From Myxococcota bacterium (GTDB taxonomy: Bacteria > Myxococcota_A > UBA796 > GCA-2862545), in NCBI GenBank assembly GCA_039208735.1, contig JBCCQY010000021.1, positions 1 to 64,000 of the forward strand: 64,000 bases of DNA. The letters run 5' to 3'. The notes below the pieces were generated by a model that searched no databases, was not told the DNA's origin, and saw only the letters and a list, made by a program, of their open reading frames with translations. Position numbers and translations under genes: made by a program. This document shows, piece after piece, positions 10,175 through 20,086 of this stretch. Numbering within the stretch: position 1 is the stretch's first letter; each line of letters begins with the position of its first letter.

Positions 10175-12607
10175 TCAGGGGAGGGCCTGTACGGATTGCA
10201 CAGGGTCTGGCACGAAGGAATCGAGTTCGAGGGCCTCGGGGGTGAGCACGAGCGCCTCGGCCGACGCCGACGTCGCCGCATCCTCCACGGGGATCTCGAC
10301 GAAGGAACCGGACAGTGCATCGGCGTTGTAGTCGGGGTCATCGAACGAAATCACGCCGGTGCCGCTGACCTTCATCAGCCACAAGTCCCAGCTCGTCTCG
10401 TCGCGCTGGACGTTTGAGACGACGACCAGGCCGTCGTCATCGGTGACCACTACCGCCTGGGCGAGATCCGACGCAGAGGTGATCCCGCCGGGCGCTTCAC
10501 CAAAGGGCCCGCCATAGCCGGTGGACCACAGCACGGTGCCCTGCGGAGTGAGACGGAGGAGCCAGGTATCCGATGCATCTCCGATGTTGGTGACGCCTGC
10601 CAGCACTGCACCGCCATCGGCCGTACCGGCCGACGCGTAGATCTGGTGGAAGTTCGAGCCGCTCTCGAAGGTGCTCGCCCGCTCGAGGGCGCCGCTGTCA
10701 TCCACCTCGAGGAGCAGCGCATCGCCGAAGATGTGTCCGGTGATGCGGTAGCCGTCGGGGGAAGGGATGACGCCGGTGAGCACCTCGTTGCCGGCCCCTG
10801 GTTGGTCGTAGACCCGCTGCCAGGGCACGTTGCCGCTTGCGTCGAAGCCGACCGCCCAGCCACCGATGTTGTTGACATCGAACGACCGCGTCTCGCCCAC
10901 GACAACCCACACGTTCCCGTCGTGTAGCAGCGAGGTAGGAACATCGCCCTCGGCACCGCCGATGCGTCGGGCCCACAAGACCTGACCCGAGGGGTCGATG
11001 CGAGCCCCCCAGAAGTCTTGCGTGGTGCCCGAGCCAATGGCACCGACGGCGAAAATGTCATCCCCCATGGGGGCGACGGCCTTGATCGCAACGGCGTCAT
11101 CGGCGTGCACGAGTTGCTGGGCCCAGCGGGCGGTCCCGTTGGGATCGAGGCGGAGCAGGTAGGCGGTATCGGTGCCGCCGCTCGTCGCTCCGGCGGCGAT
11201 GACGTAGTCGCCGTCGGGGCGTTCGTAGCCGTTCAGCGCACCCTGCAACCCGTCGAAGGCGACTTGCCAGCTCACCTGGCCAAGGCGATCGAGCTTGAGG
11301 AGCCAAGCATCATCGGCGCCCCCTTCGAAGGAGTTCGTGCGTGCGAGCACGAGCAGGCCGCCTTCCGAGGTCTCGAGGACCTGGTTGGGCGAGTCGGTAC
11401 GGTCGCCGGCAAAGGTCCGCGACCAAGGGGCTACTTGAGCCCCAGCGAGCGGCGCGGGCTCGCCGGCATCGGCCAGGGGCTGCTCGAAGGTGGCGGGAGG
11501 GAACTCGTACTCGGCAAGCGAGATCGAGAAGATGCGGACGAACAGACCGGCGTGGGCCTCGAGACCGGCCGAGAGGATCCACCAAGGGTCGCGCTGACTG
11601 TCGAGGTCGGCCTTGACGAACCCGCGGAGTTCGCCGTACGCACCGGCAATGCCGTAGGCCGCAAGCTCCGCGCGGGGGCCCGCCCACGCGCGGACTTCAC
11701 CGGCTGCGCCATCGCGGAACGAGGGTACGTCGAATTGGGCCATCGGCTTGAGCTTGACCACCTCGCCCCAGCCCCCGTCCTGGTAGCCGAAGCCCACCCG
11801 GGGCGAGGAGCTGGCCGCGACCCCGGCGGACAGCTCGGCCGTGACGCGTCCGTCGATGCCGACGAACAGCTGCAGGCGCGGCACGAGGACGACCGGAAGG
11901 GGCCCGATGGAGAACACGATGGGGGATAGCTCGATCTCCTCCACGAGAAAGCGTTCGTCGATCGTGGTCTCGCGACCCGCCTGGATGCGGACGCTCGCGT
12001 CCTGATCGGCCCTCAGCTCGAAGGTGAGCTGCTGGAGTTCGAAGCCGTCGAAGTCGATGATCAGATCTACCGAGGGTCGGAACGAGAAGCTGCCGTCGAG
12101 CCAGACGCGGTCGTCACGGGTCGTGGGGTCGCCGTCGTCATCGGACAGCTCGAGGTCGTCGAAGCCGAAGAAGAAGCCGCCAGCGGGCGGGGCGATGACC
12201 GGAACCTTGCGCCGTCGGTCGACGATGGTGGAGGGGTCGAGTTCGATGGTCTCGTTGAGCGAGCCACGCTCGACGGCCTCCGACAGGCTCGCGAACTCGG
12301 TGACGACACGAACGTTTCCGTCAACGGTGTCTTCGAGCGCCGTGACGCGACGGAGCATGCCGTACGGAAAGTTCGGGTGGACGGTGCTGACGATGACGTC
12401 GTCAGGCTCCCAGGTCACGTTGCCCGCCGGCAACACGAGCTCGGACAGGTCGGGGGTGGCCGAGACGAGGGCATCCAGCGTGGCGGGCTCGACGATCTTC
12501 GTCGTGTCGGGAATGATGACATCGACGGCGTCGGGGTCCTCACCCTTGGCGCAGGCCCCGAAGAGGACGAACAGCAACAGCAGGCCGAAACGGAGGTGGG
12601 ACGACAT
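10175..12607 (-). CDS. Large lipoprotein with N-terminal beta-sheet region and C-terminal beta-propeller
   Basis: MSSHLRFGLLLLFVLFGAC lipobox; repeats DAWLLKLDRLGQVSW, DFWGARIDPSGQVLW, DTWLLRLTPQGTVLW. Confidence 0.8.
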   Translation of the reverse strand: MSSHLRFGLLLLFVLFGACAKGEDPDAVDVIIPDTTKIVEPATLDALVSATPDLSELVLPAGNVTWEPDDVIVSTVHPNFPYGMLRRVTALEDTVDGNVRVVTEFASLSEAVERGSLNETIELDPSTIVDRRRKVPVIAPPAGGFFFGFDDLELSDDDGDPTTRDDRVWLDGSFSFRPSVDLIIDFDGFELQQLTFELRADQDASVRIQAGRETTIDERFLVEEIELSPIVFSIGPLPVVLVPRLQLFVGIDGRVTAELSAGVAASSSPRVGFGYQDGGWGEVVKLKPMAQFDVPSFRDGAAGEVRAWAGPRAELAAYGIAGAYGELRGFVKADLDSQRDPWWILSAGLEAHAGLFVRIFSISLAEYEFPPATFEQPLADAGEPAPLAGAQVAPWSRTFAGDRTDSPNQVLETSEGGLLVLARTNSFEGGADDAWLLKLDRLGQVSWQVAFDGLQGALNGYERPDGDYVIAAGATSGGTDTAYLLRLDPNGTARWAQQLVHADDAVAIKAVAPMGDDIFAVGAIGSGTTQDFWGARIDPSGQVLWARRIGGAEGDVPTSLLHDGNVWVVVGETRSFDVNNIGGWAVGFDASGNVPWQRVYDQPGAGNEVLTGVIPSPDGYRITGHIFGDALLLEVDDSGALERASTFESGSNFHQIYASAGTADGGAVLAGVTNIGDASDTWLLRLTPQGTVLWSTGYGGPFGEAPGGITSASDLAQAVVVTDDDGLVVVSNVQRDETSWDLWLMKVSGTGVISFDDPDYNADALSGSFVEIPVEDAATSASAEALVLTPEALELDSFVPDPVQSVQALP

Positions 12608-12735
12608 GGCCCGTTTTACCATGAGTAACGCCGCGACGACCTGGCGCGCTCCCTCCACGAGGCCCTCGGTCAGCCCAAACGACATCTTCGGTGGCCGGAG
12701 GCGCGGCGGGAAGGGCCTCCCCCACGCGGCAACAC

Positions 12736-14151
12736 TCACTGGCGTCGCCGCCACAGCAAGATTCCCAGGATCGACAACCAAGCAGGGCCTCCCCCTGTTT
12801 CGCAGCCCTTGGCCGGGAAACCATCGGGTTGAGCGGACTCCTCAGGAATGCCCGCCAGCACATTGAGGTACGCCTCGATGGCCGGGTACCCAGAGGCCAT
12901 CGTGGTGGCGTGATCGGTCGGATCGTTGGGATCGAGGCCATGGGAGCGCTCCCACTCGTCAGCCATCCCGTCCTCGTCGGTGTCCGCAGGCGGAGCGGTC
13001 GCCTGCAGGCCCGCCATGAAGTCAGCGGGACGCTCGATGCCCCACGCGCCGTTGCGCTCGGCCAGCTCCCGGAGCAAGCGTCGATCGACGACGTCTCGCG
13101 GCATGGCCCCCGCCTGAGCGGTGAGTTGGGTCAACACGGTCGCCGCCTGTAAAACCCGAGGTGCCACGTGCGCCCCCCGGAAGACAGGAGGCTCTCGCAG
13201 ATAGAGGCTCGAGTTCGTCTCGAGATCGTCGGGGGACCAGGCTCCCGATGCACCGTCCCGCTCAACCCAGCTGTCGGCGATATGGTAAGTCGCTTCGTCC
13301 CCTCCATCGAAAGAGAAGGGCACCAACGAGGCGCTCGGCCCCTCGATGAACACGTTGCCGACAAGGTTGAAGCGGCCGGAGGCTACGTTGTGGTTCACAA
13401 ATCCTTGTTGCACGTCGTACACCACGGTGTTTACCACCTCGCCGGGCCCCGTCGCGAGCGCGGGATTCCGGCTCCGGTGATGGATAAAGAAAGTCCGAAT
13501 AACCGAGGTTCGCCCACCGTTGTTGAGCAGTCCATAGTTGTGAGAGCCTTCGGGATGACCCGTTGTGGCTGACTCCCCGATGATGGAGTCCTGGATCGTC
13601 ACCCCACGGCCCTCGTAGACGTCGACCGTCTCGTCGACTCCCCAAGCCACTGAGAGGTGATCGAACATCGCCCCGTCATTGCGGGCAAAGCGCAGCGCGT
13701 CGTATTGCTCGCCGCCCGTTTCACATCCCCATCGGGCGGGACGGATGCGGAGGTGTCGAAGCACCACGTTGCCGACCGCTCGATCGTAGGCCGCATAGAG
13801 GCGACCGCGCAGCGTAATGCCCGCTCCTGGAGCACTCTGCCCTGCGATCGTCAGGTCCGAGTGCGGAATGACCAGCACGTTGCTCGAATCACTCTCATCG
13901 TAGAGGTCCTCGCAGTTGGGCTCCCCGAGATCGATGACGCCGGAGACGGCAAAGACCACGATGCGGGGACCCGGGGTTTCGATGGCTTCGCGCAGCGTGC
14001 CGGGACCCGATTGGGCAAGGCTGGTAACGCGAATGACCTGGCCGCCCCGACCGCCGGTCACATACGCACCGAACCCTTCGGCGCCGGGAAAGGCAGGAAG
14101 CGGTTCGGCGGCCATGGCCAGCCCAAGGACCGAAAGGAGCGGGAGGTTCAT
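12736..14151 (-). CDS. Pectate lyase (PL1-type) with MYXO-CTERM-like sorting tail
   Basis: PAFPGAEGFG..TGGRGG, TIAGQSAPG, DHLSVAWGVDE, RNP, DGMADEWE; tail GCETGGGPAWLSILGILLWRRRQ; ATGA overlap with the upstream stop. Confidence 0.88.
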   Translation of the reverse strand: MNLPLLSVLGLAMAAEPLPAFPGAEGFGAYVTGGRGGQVIRVTSLAQSGPGTLREAIETPGPRIVVFAVSGVIDLGEPNCEDLYDESDSSNVLVIPHSDLTIAGQSAPGAGITLRGRLYAAYDRAVGNVVLRHLRIRPARWGCETGGEQYDALRFARNDGAMFDHLSVAWGVDETVDVYEGRGVTIQDSIIGESATTGHPEGSHNYGLLNNGGRTSVIRTFFIHHRSRNPALATGPGEVVNTVVYDVQQGFVNHNVASGRFNLVGNVFIEGPSASLVPFSFDGGDEATYHIADSWVERDGASGAWSPDDLETNSSLYLREPPVFRGAHVAPRVLQAATVLTQLTAQAGAMPRDVVDRRLLRELAERNGAWGIERPADFMAGLQATAPPADTDEDGMADEWERSHGLDPNDPTDHATTMASGYPAIEAYLNVLAGIPEESAQPDGFPAKGCETGGGPAWLSILGILLWRRRQ

Positions 14152-17100
14152 GGAGATTCTCTGCTTTGGGGGGAGGGCGTTGGTTCGAGGAGCCAGCTTG
14201 ATGCTCTCTCTCGCCACGCCGCGAGGCCCACCTCGTGGACAGCCACGAAGCCCCTAGAGGGGGCCGACGGATCGACGTCGCTTGCATACTCGCGAGAGTC
14301 CTCGCTGGCGCTGGCGAGGAAGCGACCATCCGGACTGAATGCGAGCGCGCGGATGGGCGTGAGGTGCCCGGTGAGCACCGCTGCGGTCTCGCCTGCGACG
14401 AGGTCGTAAAGGTGCACCCGCGTGTCTTCGCCACCGGCCGCGAGCCACCGATCGTCCGCAGACATCGCAACCACGCGAACGAGCCCGGATTGACCTGGAA
14501 GCTCCCAGATCAGCTCGCCCGTGGCCACATCCCATAGTCGCGCGTGGCCGTCGTAGGCCGCGGTCGCAAGCCGCGAACCATCGCTCGAGAACACCCCCAT
14601 GACGACCTTGCCGCCGTGGTGGAGGATCGGTCCGGGCCGGCCGGTCTGGGCGTCAAACAAGCGGGCGTGGCCTTGGTGCGACATCGTGGCCACCGTGCGT
14701 CCGCTTGGACTGAACACCGCGTGCGCGATGTATCCCTCGTCATCCAGCTCTGCGATCCGCACAGGGTCGTCGATGCGCCACAGCTGGCTTCCCCCCACGC
14801 CGGCGGCCACGACTCGGGTTCCGTCCGGGGACAACGACGCGCTCCCTACGTTCAGCTGGGGGTCGGTGTTCAGGCGTGCGCGCATCGTATGGTCCCCCGC
14901 CGCCCACACGAACACCACTGGGCCCCGTTGGCTCACGAGCCAGCGCGCGTCAGGCGTCAAGGCCCCATGCCATCGCTGCGTCCACCCCGCAGGCGTCCAA
15001 ACCGTGTTCTGGCGCCGGTTCAGGATGCGCAGCCGTCCTTTCCCCGCGCTACTCGAGGCGACCATCAGCGGCCCCACCACGATCGCCGACTCGAGATCAT
15101 CCGTCATGACCTGAGCCCCGTCGGCTCGATCTGCATCGAGCCAAGCGCCATGGGGGCCCGCGGTCACGAGCGTGCCGTCTTCTGCAAAGTCCACCCACCG
15201 TGCATGCGGTACCACACGGTCCGCGAGGCTGCCGAACAGTCGCCAGACGCCCAGGGTGCCATCGTCCGAACCGCTCACCACGGTTCGGCCATCGGGGCAG
15301 AAGGTAAGCGCTCGAATCGCGCCCTGATGCCGAAGAAACACGCCGAGCGACCGTGCCGTCGCCAACTCCCACGCTCGCACCTGATCATCGTCGCCACCGG
15401 TGACGAGAAAGGCGCCATCCGGAGAGACCGCCGTCGCGTAGACCTGGTCGAGGTGGCCGGTGAGCGTGCGTTCCGCCCCGTCCGGCGCGCGAATTCGGAT
15501 TCCTCCTGTGGTATCGAAGGTCCCGACCCAATTGGGTTCGGCGCCCACGCGGGGCCAGTTCGGCCAGGGTTCCTCCATCGTGCCCGTTTCCCGATCCACG
15601 ACCCGCGCCGTGCCTCCCACCGACCGGCCCGCCACCCATCGACTGTCGGGACTGCAGGCCACCTCGAACACCGGGTCGCCCTCCGCTACCACAAAGCGCC
15701 GACCCGCCGTCTTCTGGAGCGCCTCGACGAGGGCCCGCGTGGTCTCGGGCCGTTCCTCCACCTCGAGAGCCTCGAGCGCAACGCGCAACGCGGCGGACTG
15801 CTGATTGGGCACCGACGCCAAGAACCGCGCCTCGTTCGCAAGACGCAGCGCGCGTTGTTGTCGCTCGGCCTGGGATTTGCCCACCCACGCCCATGCGGCA
15901 ACGATCAGGGCGAGGCTCAGGACGGTGAGCGATGCCAGCGCGAGGCGCAGCTGCCTTGCTTGGGCCTGCGTCCGCGCCGCTTGAAGCCGCTCCTCCTCGA
16001 CGACCTCGGAGCTTCGCAGGAGCAAGGCGGTCTCGTCTTGGGTCAGGTCGGCTCGATCGCGGGCCCATCGTCGCGCCGAAGCGAGGGACTGGCCGCGGAG
16101 TAGGTCGGCGTCGTCTCGACCCCCCACGATCCAGCGACGGGACGCCTCCGTCAGTTCCCGGCGTCCTCGATGCCCTTCGAGCCAAGCCTCATCGAACACG
16201 TGGCTGAAGATCGGGTTGCGTACGACAAGGGTTCCTCCGCGCTCCGCGACGATACCCGTGAGCAGCAACTCGAGGTCCGAGTCCCGAACCGGTCCCGCCC
16301 GCCGCCGCCTTGCGTCCTCGTACCGGCCGAGCTGATCCGCCAGTCGCGGAGCGGCGAGGAGTTGTCTTGCCGCGGCGAGGAGGCAGACGTCGGAGAGAAC
16401 GCCTCGCGCATAGAAGAGGGTTTGCACCAGGCGGGCGACTCGAAGGGCGGGCGGCGCATCGGTGGGTCCTGATTCGACAAGGCCTGCGCAGAGGCGGAGC
16501 GTCATCCAGGGATGGCCTTCGGTGTGCGCCATCACGCAGTCGAGAAGTTCGTCGGGCGCCGCCCCGAGGCCGGAAAGCCCCACGAGGAGCGACCGAGCCT
16601 CGGCACCCGTGAAGTCGGCGAGTTCGATGGAGGTCGAGACGTTGACCGGGGTTCGACCTGGATCGCTTCCAAGGGTCGCCGGGGACGCCACCCCGACCAA
16701 GCAGAAGGTGAAGCGCTCCCATAGTTCGGTGTGGACTCGGGCCTCGTGGGCTCCTCGCAGCGCACCGAGAACCTCATCCGGAGGAAAGTCGATCGCTTTC
16801 AGCACGTCGACTTCGTCCAAGATCAGGACCAAGGGCCTTTCGTCGCCCTCGAGCGTCGCGCGCAGCCAGCTTAAGAACCGCCGCACCGGGGGAACCCGAT
16901 CGTGGGTCCGCCATGCCTCGGCGGGGTCGAGACCGTCGATGGCATCCGAGATCTCCTCGGCAAGCGCGAACAACCAACTGTCGGCATCCGCACCCGAGGT
17001 TCCGATGCTGGTGCAATCCACCACTGCCACCTGGTGGTCTCGGTTCCGCAGCTTCGCGGCGGTACGCATGCAGAGGCTCGATTTGCCGAGTTGCCGTGGG

Positions 17101-17231
17101 CCGAGGAGCACGCATGGCACCCCGGCCGCCAGCCGCCGTGGGAGTTCCTCGTCCGCAGGCCGCTGGACATACAGTGCCCCTGGGCGAAGGGTGCCTCCGA
17201 CCTGGAAGCGTGGCGTCACAACGCGCGGCAT
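14148..17231 (-). CDS. AAA_35 (STAND-like) NTPase with one hydrophobic helix and WD40 repeats
   Basis: Start moved to MPRVVTPRF. FQVGGTL..YVQRPADEEL, GPRQLGKSSL, LILDEVD; LALASLTVLSLALIVAAWAWVG; many GH...FSPDG...WD repeats. Confidence 0.85.
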   Translation of the reverse strand: MPRVVTPRFQVGGTLRPGALYVQRPADEELPRRLAAGVPCVLLGPRQLGKSSLCMRTAAKLRNRDHQVAVVDCTSIGTSGADADSWLFALAEEISDAIDGLDPAEAWRTHDRVPPVRRFLSWLRATLEGDERPLVLILDEVDVLKAIDFPPDEVLGALRGAHEARVHTELWERFTFCLVGVASPATLGSDPGRTPVNVSTSIELADFTGAEARSLLVGLSGLGAAPDELLDCVMAHTEGHPWMTLRLCAGLVESGPTDAPPALRVARLVQTLFYARGVLSDVCLLAAARQLLAAPRLADQLGRYEDARRRRAGPVRDSDLELLLTGIVAERGGTLVVRNPIFSHVFDEAWLEGHRGRRELTEASRRWIVGGRDDADLLRGQSLASARRWARDRADLTQDETALLLRSSEVVEEERLQAARTQAQARQLRLALASLTVLSLALIVAAWAWVGKSQAERQQRALRLANEARFLASVPNQQSAALRVALEALEVEERPETTRALVEALQKTAGRRFVVAEGDPVFEVACSPDSRWVAGRSVGGTARVVDRETGTMEEPWPNWPRVGAEPNWVGTFDTTGGIRIRAPDGAERTLTGHLDQVYATAVSPDGAFLVTGGDDDQVRAWELATARSLGVFLRHQGAIRALTFCPDGRTVVSGSDDGTLGVWRLFGSLADRVVPHARWVDFAEDGTLVTAGPHGAWLDADRADGAQVMTDDLESAIVVGPLMVASSSAGKGRLRILNRRQNTVWTPAGWTQRWHGALTPDARWLVSQRGPVVFVWAAGDHTMRARLNTDPQLNVGSASLSPDGTRVVAAGVGGSQLWRIDDPVRIAELDDEGYIAHAVFSPSGRTVATMSHQGHARLFDAQTGRPGPILHHGGKVVMGVFSSDGSRLATAAYDGHARLWDVATGELIWELPGQSGLVRVVAMSADDRWLAAGGEDTRVHLYDLVAGETAAVLTGHLTPIRALAFSPDGRFLASASEDSREYASDVDPSAPSRGFVAVHEVGLAAWRERASSWLLEPTPSPQSRESP

Positions 17232-18517
17232 AGGAACTGGCGCATCAATCGACAGGGAAAGCGGGCCTGTCCTCCCACCAGTTCGACGATGCCTACCCGT
17301 TCGAGTTCGTGCCCGACGAACGGCTCGACCGTCAGAGGGCCTTCCCGGCATAGCGCGCGAACGATTTCGGTCAGATCGGGCCGAGGCCGGAGCACCGCGA
17401 GCCGCGAGCGAAGCACATCCGCATAGATCTGCGGATCTGAAAGCGCGGCTTGCTTGGTCGTTCCGGTTGCCACAACATGCAGGGCTCGCCGAACGAGGAA
17501 CGCCTGCCCGCCTAGCCAGTCCCGCAGCTCGGCGAGTTCGGATGAACTCCAATCGCCATACCGCGCGGCGAGCGACGCCACGCTGGCCTCGGGCAGCGGA
17601 CCGAGACGAATTGGAGGGGCGAGGTTGAACGGCGACGCGCCAGGCTCGCTGACGAGAAGCCCCGGCTCGGTGCGAATGGCCAGGATCAGGCGAAGCCGAT
17701 CCCAAGGGGGACCGGGCCGCGAGGCCAACGATCGAAGCACCGCGTACACGCCCTCGGCGTCTTGGTGTTTCGCGATAAGGTCAGCCCGATCGAGTGCGAG
17801 CACCAGTCGACCCTCGACGTTGGGGAGCACTTCGCGGGACAGCAGGCGGGCCAGATGACGCCGTGACGTTCCGGGTTGGGACCATGCGTCCGCGACCGTC
17901 GAGGACGTTCGACCCGCGGCGTCCACAATCTCGAGCGCGATGTGCTCGAGCGCTTCGCCAGGCGGGAGCACCGCCGCGTCTAGCACCACGACCACATCGC
18001 TTGCGGCGAATCCGGCGACGAGATGATGGAGTAGCCAGCTCTTGCCTTCGCCCTGGGGACCAAGGAGCACGGCGGGGGCACCCGCAACCTCGAGAAGGTT
18101 TGCGGCCGCACGCTCTTCGTCGGGTCGCGGTGCGTACCAGGAGGGATCGTAGGGCGTACCCGGTGGCGCGAGTTGCGGCCGTTGGAGGTCGACCGCATGC
18201 CTCTGCGCCTGCAGCCGGTACCCATGGCCGTGCACCGTGACGAGTACCGTCGGCTCTGCAGGATCGCGTTCAATCTTTCGACGGAGTCGGAGCACGACGA
18301 GGTCGGCGGCTCGCGTCGCGGGCAATCGGCCCGGAAACCCCCACACGTCTCGCAGAAGGTCGTCCCGGTGAACATCGAGGCCCGCCTGGTCCGCGAGGTA
18401 GCGAAGCACCTGGGTTTCCTTCTGGGTGAGCTGGGTGTGTACGCCCCCTCGGACGACGACGCCCCGTGAAAGGTCCACCTGACCATCCGGCAACAGCCAC
18501 CGCTGGTAGCCTGACAC
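17216..18517 (-). CDS. OmpR-type winged-helix DNA-binding domain fused to an AAA_35-like NTPase
   Basis: LTQKETQVLRYL...LLRDVWG...LRRKIERDPAEP.VLVTVHGHGYRL; GPQGEGKS; SPFN. Confidence 0.85.
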   Translation of the reverse strand: MSGYQRWLLPDGQVDLSRGVVVRGGVHTQLTQKETQVLRYLADQAGLDVHRDDLLRDVWGFPGRLPATRAADLVVLRLRRKIERDPAEPTVLVTVHGHGYRLQAQRHAVDLQRPQLAPPGTPYDPSWYAPRPDEERAAANLLEVAGAPAVLLGPQGEGKSWLLHHLVAGFAASDVVVVLDAAVLPPGEALEHIALEIVDAAGRTSSTVADAWSQPGTSRRHLARLLSREVLPNVEGRLVLALDRADLIAKHQDAEGVYAVLRSLASRPGPPWDRLRLILAIRTEPGLLVSEPGASPFNLAPPIRLGPLPEASVASLAARYGDWSSSELAELRDWLGGQAFLVRRALHVVATGTTKQAALSDPQIYADVLRSRLAVLRPRPDLTEIVRALCREGPLTVEPFVGHELERVGIVELVGGQARFPCRLMRQFLCRAL

Positions 18518-18578
18518 TGCGCCCCCGACGGGGGCTTAACGTCTCGGTGTCCTGCGAACCTGGTTACTCGCAGCCTCT

Positions 18579-20069
18579 TCACCGGGTGAGGGCCGTCAGA
18601 TCGAGTTTGCCGACGTAGACATCAGATGCTCCCGCGGACACGAGCGCCCCTCCGCCGAAGTCCACCCCCACCGGACCGTCGCCCAACAACACCGCCCCGT
18701 GAGCCCCATCGAAGCCGAGTCCGTAGGCGGTCTGGTCGTCTTCACCGCCGAACAGCACCCCGAAATCCGGAGCGTGCGTCGTCGTGTCGATGCGCGCCAC
18801 GAACAGGTCGTGGTTGTCGGCGGTCAGCTCCCCAGCGCCGAAATCCACGCCGCCTCCTACGGTCCCCGTCAGCCACACGTCGCCGGCCGGGTTCCGTCCA
18901 AGGTCCACGACGTGTTGGTCGCCGCGGAGTCCGAACGACGTCGCCCAGTCGAGGGCGAGCTGGTCGGTGAACCTTGCGATAAACGCATCCGCATCGCCGC
19001 CAAGCGGCAGCGGTCCCTCGCCGAGGTCGAGGCCGCGCTCGAGCGTTCCCTCGAAGCTTCCCCCGAGCAGCACCCCAACGCCGTCCGCGACGATGGTGAC
19101 GTCGTTGTAGAGGGTGGTGTCGAACCCCATGACGTCAACGGGAGTCCCGGTGGAGTCGATCCGGGCGACGAACAGCGACGCGTCGGTCGCCGCGGTGGCC
19201 GTCGTCGAGCCAGCGGTCACGCTTCCCCCAAAGGCTCCGGCCACGTAGACGGTTCCTGTGTCGTTGACCGTGATGCTGTGGGGGGACTCGTCTTCGGTGC
19301 CCGACAGGCTGGTCGCCCAAACCACGTTGCCGGACGGGTCGAGCTTGACGACCCATGCGTCTTCCTCGTCGACGGGAACAAGCGAGAACCCACCGATCAC
19401 GAAGTTCCGGTCGAACGAGCCAGTGAGGTACACCGCGTCTTGGTCGTCGACCGCAATCGCCGACTTGCGAAGCGCCGCGAACGGAAGGAAGTCTCCCCAT
19501 CCCCGACTGAAGCGGTGGGTCCCGTCAGAGGAGAACTGCCCGACGACGAGCTGTTGACAGCAGCTGATCTCGTCCGAGGGGTCGTCCCCCCAATTGAGGG
19601 TGGTGAACGCCTGAGCGGACACCCACACGTTCCCTGACCGATCCGCGGCAAGTTCCCAAACGAAGGCATCGTTCATGTCGCGGGCCCACTTGGGGCTCCC
19701 GTCCCGATCGAGCGCAGTGAGGAACGCCCGCGAGCCACCGGGAGATGTAAGCGTTTCGGCGCCGAACGTGATGTCGTTGCTGAAGCGTCCGGTAAACACG
19801 ACGTTACCGTCGGGTCCGGCCGACACGAGGCCACGCGCGGCATCGTAATTGGGGTCGCCGAAACGCACCGACCACAGGTGAGGATCGCCGGGTTGGGTCC
19901 CCCCGGTCTCGCCCGTCGCGACCGCCATCCCGTCCCCGCTGTCGCCCGATTCCAACGATGCCGTCGAGCCCGTGGGAGGGCTGGTCCCCGGATCGGGGCT
20001 CGTGCAGGCGGCCGGTAGACCGGCATAGAGCGTGAGCACAGCAAGCTGTGACGTACCATGGCGAAACAT
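18579..20069 (-). CDS. Beta-propeller (SBBP-like) repeat lipoprotein
   Basis: AGGAG RBS; PAAC lipobox; repeats VYLTGSF..DAWVVKLDPSGNVVWA. Confidence 0.8.
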   Translation of the reverse strand: MFRHGTSQLAVLTLYAGLPAACTSPDPGTSPPTGSTASLESGDSGDGMAVATGETGGTQPGDPHLWSVRFGDPNYDAARGLVSAGPDGNVVFTGRFSNDITFGAETLTSPGGSRAFLTALDRDGSPKWARDMNDAFVWELAADRSGNVWVSAQAFTTLNWGDDPSDEISCCQQLVVGQFSSDGTHRFSRGWGDFLPFAALRKSAIAVDDQDAVYLTGSFDRNFVIGGFSLVPVDEEDAWVVKLDPSGNVVWATSLSGTEDESPHSITVNDTGTVYVAGAFGGSVTAGSTTATAATDASLFVARIDSTGTPVDVMGFDTTLYNDVTIVADGVGVLLGGSFEGTLERGLDLGEGPLPLGGDADAFIARFTDQLALDWATSFGLRGDQHVVDLGRNPAGDVWLTGTVGGGVDFGAGELTADNHDLFVARIDTTTHAPDFGVLFGGEDDQTAYGLGFDGAHGAVLLGDGPVGVDFGGGALVSAGASDVYVGKLDLTALTR

Positions 20070-20086
20070 GGGGGCTCCTGGGTTCG

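Noticed and set aside
17232..17705. N-terminal extension of the 1185-aa ORF
   Set aside because: Arg-rich off-frame translation of the upstream wHTH-AAA_35 gene.
14148..18517. AAA_35 pair as an Avs-type antiphage system
   Set aside because: No nuclease, TIR, SIR2 or protease effector. The only output domain is a DNA-binding wHTH and the neighbours are not defence genes. Not fully excluded.
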